Virus genome (UHGV): UHGV-0128496
Length of the DNA stretch: 16,551 bases
Source: a virus
Strand: one strand, 5' to 3'
The notes beneath the pieces are model-generated. The model was not told where the DNA came from. It saw only the letters and a program-made list of their open reading frames with translations, and did no database searches. The translations under genes were made by a program, and so were the position numbers. Shown here piece after piece: positions 15,042-16,551 of the stretch. The first letter of the stretch is position 1; every line of letters begins with the position of its first letter.

Positions 15042-15734
15042 ATGAATTTACAAGAACTGGAATATACGCGGATTGAACTGCGCCGCGCGCTGGCGGATTT
15101 ATCAGGATCGACAAAAGGACAGCTGCAGGCGTTCAGTGAGCATCCACCAGCAGATAAGAATAAATACCCCCGGCACCATCCTGAAATCGTCATGGAGGGT
15201 GGGGAAGGTTGTGGGTCAAAGGTTGTAACAACGCTGGCCACTCCATTTTATGTTCTTGAGACAAGGAGCCGTCGTCGACCTTTGCCGCCTATTAAAGATA
15301 CGGAGTTCGCTTGTTCAGCATGGCGTCGTTCGGTCAATGGTCTGGGTGAGCATTTGCAGGCATGGGTGCGGTACTGCTATGGGTATGACCTTACTTTCCG
15401 GTACCAGACATTGATGTGCCAGCACGTGTGGGAACAGTTTCAGCGTCAGCATAGCGGCAAAAAAATACAGGGCCGCGTCACTAAAAAACTGGTAGGGCTT
15501 GTCTGGCTGGCGGCGCAAGAAGTTGCTGCCTCGCGTAATAACGATACCTATCAGGAGTATGCTGGTGCAGCTCTGGCGCGCATGGTCAGCGTTGAGCGTT
15601 CCACCTGGCTCAGAGTGTATTCAGGCCACTGGGCGGCTTTCAAAGCGTCGTTTGCTGAAATGGATAGCCAGGCACTAAGCGAAATTTTGTCACGGTACGA
15701 AGAGTACCAAGAACTGAAAGTGGCGGAAATGTGA
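15042..15734 (+). CDS. Late-gene antitermination protein Q-like
   Basis: Last gene of the early-right operon, immediately upstream of a promoter-plus-terminator pair. Size and sequence fit my recollection of enterobacterial Q-like proteins. Start placed at the ATG at 15042 (MNLQELEY...). Confidence 0.5.
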   Translation: MNLQELEYTRIELRRALADLSGSTKGQLQAFSEHPPADKNKYPRHHPEIVMEGGEGCGSKVVTTLATPFYVLETRSRRRPLPPIKDTEFACSAWRRSVNGLGEHLQAWVRYCYGYDLTFRYQTLMCQHVWEQFQRQHSGKKIQGRVTKKLVGLVWLAAQEVAASRNNDTYQEYAGAALARMVSVERSTWLRVYSGHWAAFKASFAEMDSQALSEILSRYEEYQELKVAEM

Positions 15735-15792
15735 GGTAACTTTCACTAACTCCCTCAAATGGGCTTGCAAAATGCAACAAAATGAGCCATAT

Positions 15793-15821
15793 TTGAAGCT
15801 AATTTTATATTTTGTCATAAT
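15793..15821 (+). promoter_or_regulatory. PR'-like late promoter candidate
   Basis: -35 TTGAAG (15793-15798), 17-bp spacer, -10 CATAAT (15816-15821), just upstream of a terminator. An alternative is TTGCAA (15765-15770) with CATATT (15788-15793). Confidence 0.4.
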
Positions 15822-15831
15822 TATATCTAAC

Positions 15832-15853
15832 CTCGCCTCGGCGGGGTTTTTTT
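15832..15853 (+). terminator. tR'-like rho-independent terminator
   Basis: GC-rich hairpin cctcgcc-tcg-gcgggg followed by T7 (15847-15853). Its position directly after Q and a promoter matches the lambdoid 6S-RNA/tR' arrangement. Confidence 0.6.
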
Positions 15854-15932
15854 ATGCCTTTTGTATCTAAAGCTTGATGCAAAAATGAACCAGAGTTATC
15901 TGTGTGTCACACGATAAAAAAGGGGAAAAGGC

Positions 15933-16124
15933 ATGCAAAATCAACCTTATATGACAGAAGAAGCAAAAGCGGTTTTTAACGAACTCAGCGCTTCACCAGC
16001 GACAGCTGGGGAAATTGCACAGAATACGCACCTAAGCCGAGAGAAATGCCAGCTCATCCTGACGCAGCTGGTTATGGCGGGGTTATCAGATTACCAGTTT
16101 GGATGTTACAAACGCCTCCACTGA
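15933..16124 (+). CDS. Small hypothetical protein (63 aa), possible winged-helix DNA-binding
   Basis: AAGGGGAAAAGG RBS directly upstream of the ATG at 15933. The segment ATAGEIAQNTHLSREKCQLILTQLVMAGL is HTH-like. It is the first gene after tR'. Confidence 0.4.
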   Translation: MQNQPYMTEEAKAVFNELSASPATAGEIAQNTHLSREKCQLILTQLVMAGLSDYQFGCYKRLH

Positions 16125-16274
16125 AGGGGGCATTCTGCTGTGGAAATGGGCGGCTGGTGGGTGTTGTAGCACCCAACCAGCCATTAGCTCATGCTTTCAG
16201 GTCACAAGCTAACCAAGGCCCACTGCTTTAGCGCAAAAGCATAGTGAGCCTATCAGAGTTACGCTTACGGATCT

Positions 16275-16530
16275 ATGAAAAATACTGTAAATATAAACAG
16301 TGTTGAGCTTATCAACGCTGACTGCCTGCAATACCTCGCTACCCTCCCAGATAACACCATCGACCTTATTGTTACGGATCCGCCTTATTTTAAGGTGAAG
16401 CCGAACGGCTGGGATAATCAGTGGAACGGTGACGCCGACTATCTTCGATGGCTTGATATGTGTCTTGCCCAGTTCTGGCGAGTGCTTAAGCCTGCCGGCA
16501 GCCTGTATTTGTTTTCAGGTCACCGACTTG
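16275..16530 (+). CDS. DNA methyltransferase, N6-adenine/N4-cytosine beta-class (5' fragment, truncated by contig end)
   Basis: Hand translation: MKNTVNINSVELINADCLQYLATLPDNTIDLIVTDPPYFKVKPNGWDNQWNGDADYLRWLDMCLAQFWRVLKPAGSLYLFSGHRL, with the DPPY catalytic motif near the N-terminus. No stop codon before the adapter junction at 16531. Confidence 0.7.
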
Positions 16531-16551
16531 AGATCGGAAGAGCACACGTCT
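16531..16551. other. Illumina TruSeq adapter (sequencing artifact, not biological)
   Basis: The last 21 nt, agatcggaagagcacacgtct, exactly match the start of the TruSeq adapter AGATCGGAAGAGCACACGTCTGAACTCCAGTCA. Confidence 0.9.

Noticed and set aside
13390-15518. Minus-strand ORFs inside the Rha, DUF968-like and Q-like genes
   Set aside because: Antisense shadows within the coupled early-right operon; no start-site signals.
16046-16231. 61-aa plus-strand ORF between the small wHTH ORF and the MTase
   Set aside because: It overlaps the end of the wHTH ORF and spans the 16152-16182 hairpin; no RBS. Likely non-coding.
1-16551. CRISPR arrays, rRNA or tRNA genes, insertion-sequence transposases
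   Set aside because: No regularly spaced direct repeats with unique spacers, no tRNA- or rRNA-like conserved segments, and no transposase-like ORF or terminal inverted repeats were seen. The only tandem repeats are the 15-bp iterons inside the initiator gene.

Overview
This window reads as the left arm and control region of a lambdoid (Rac/Qin-like) prophage from an enterobacterial host, assembled from short reads; the last 21 nt are an Illumina TruSeq adapter, not biology. Left to right: a tyrosine integrase and excisionase at the prophage edge (minus strand), then a tightly packed, translationally coupled early-left operon on the minus strand (DEDDh exonuclease, acidic hypothetical, small membrane protein, HNH endonuclease, Ead/Ea22-like protein, small wHTH protein, unannotated 55-aa ORF, HD phosphohydrolase, RdgC-like protein). 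A structured non-coding region and an unusual N-position locus follow: a ClpX-type zinc-finger ORF (minus) overlapped antisense by a zinc-ribbon ORF (plus) with its own RBS and terminator. Then come the immunity switch (CI-like HTH/S24 repressor, divergent PRM/PR with CTACT-N3-AGTAG operators, Cro-like protein) and the early-right operon: cII-position protein, hypothetical, O-like initiator with internal iterons, Dam-family MTase with a long C-terminal extension, a 645-aa C5-cytosine MTase with internal repeats, Rha/ANT antirepressor, DUF968-like protein, and Q-like antiterminator with a PR'/tR'-like promoter-terminator. After tR' sit a small wHTH ORF and the 5' part of a third DNA MTase, cut off at the contig end. 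No tRNA, rRNA, CRISPR array or transposase was seen. All family names come from motifs read by eye and from memory of these families; no database search was run.
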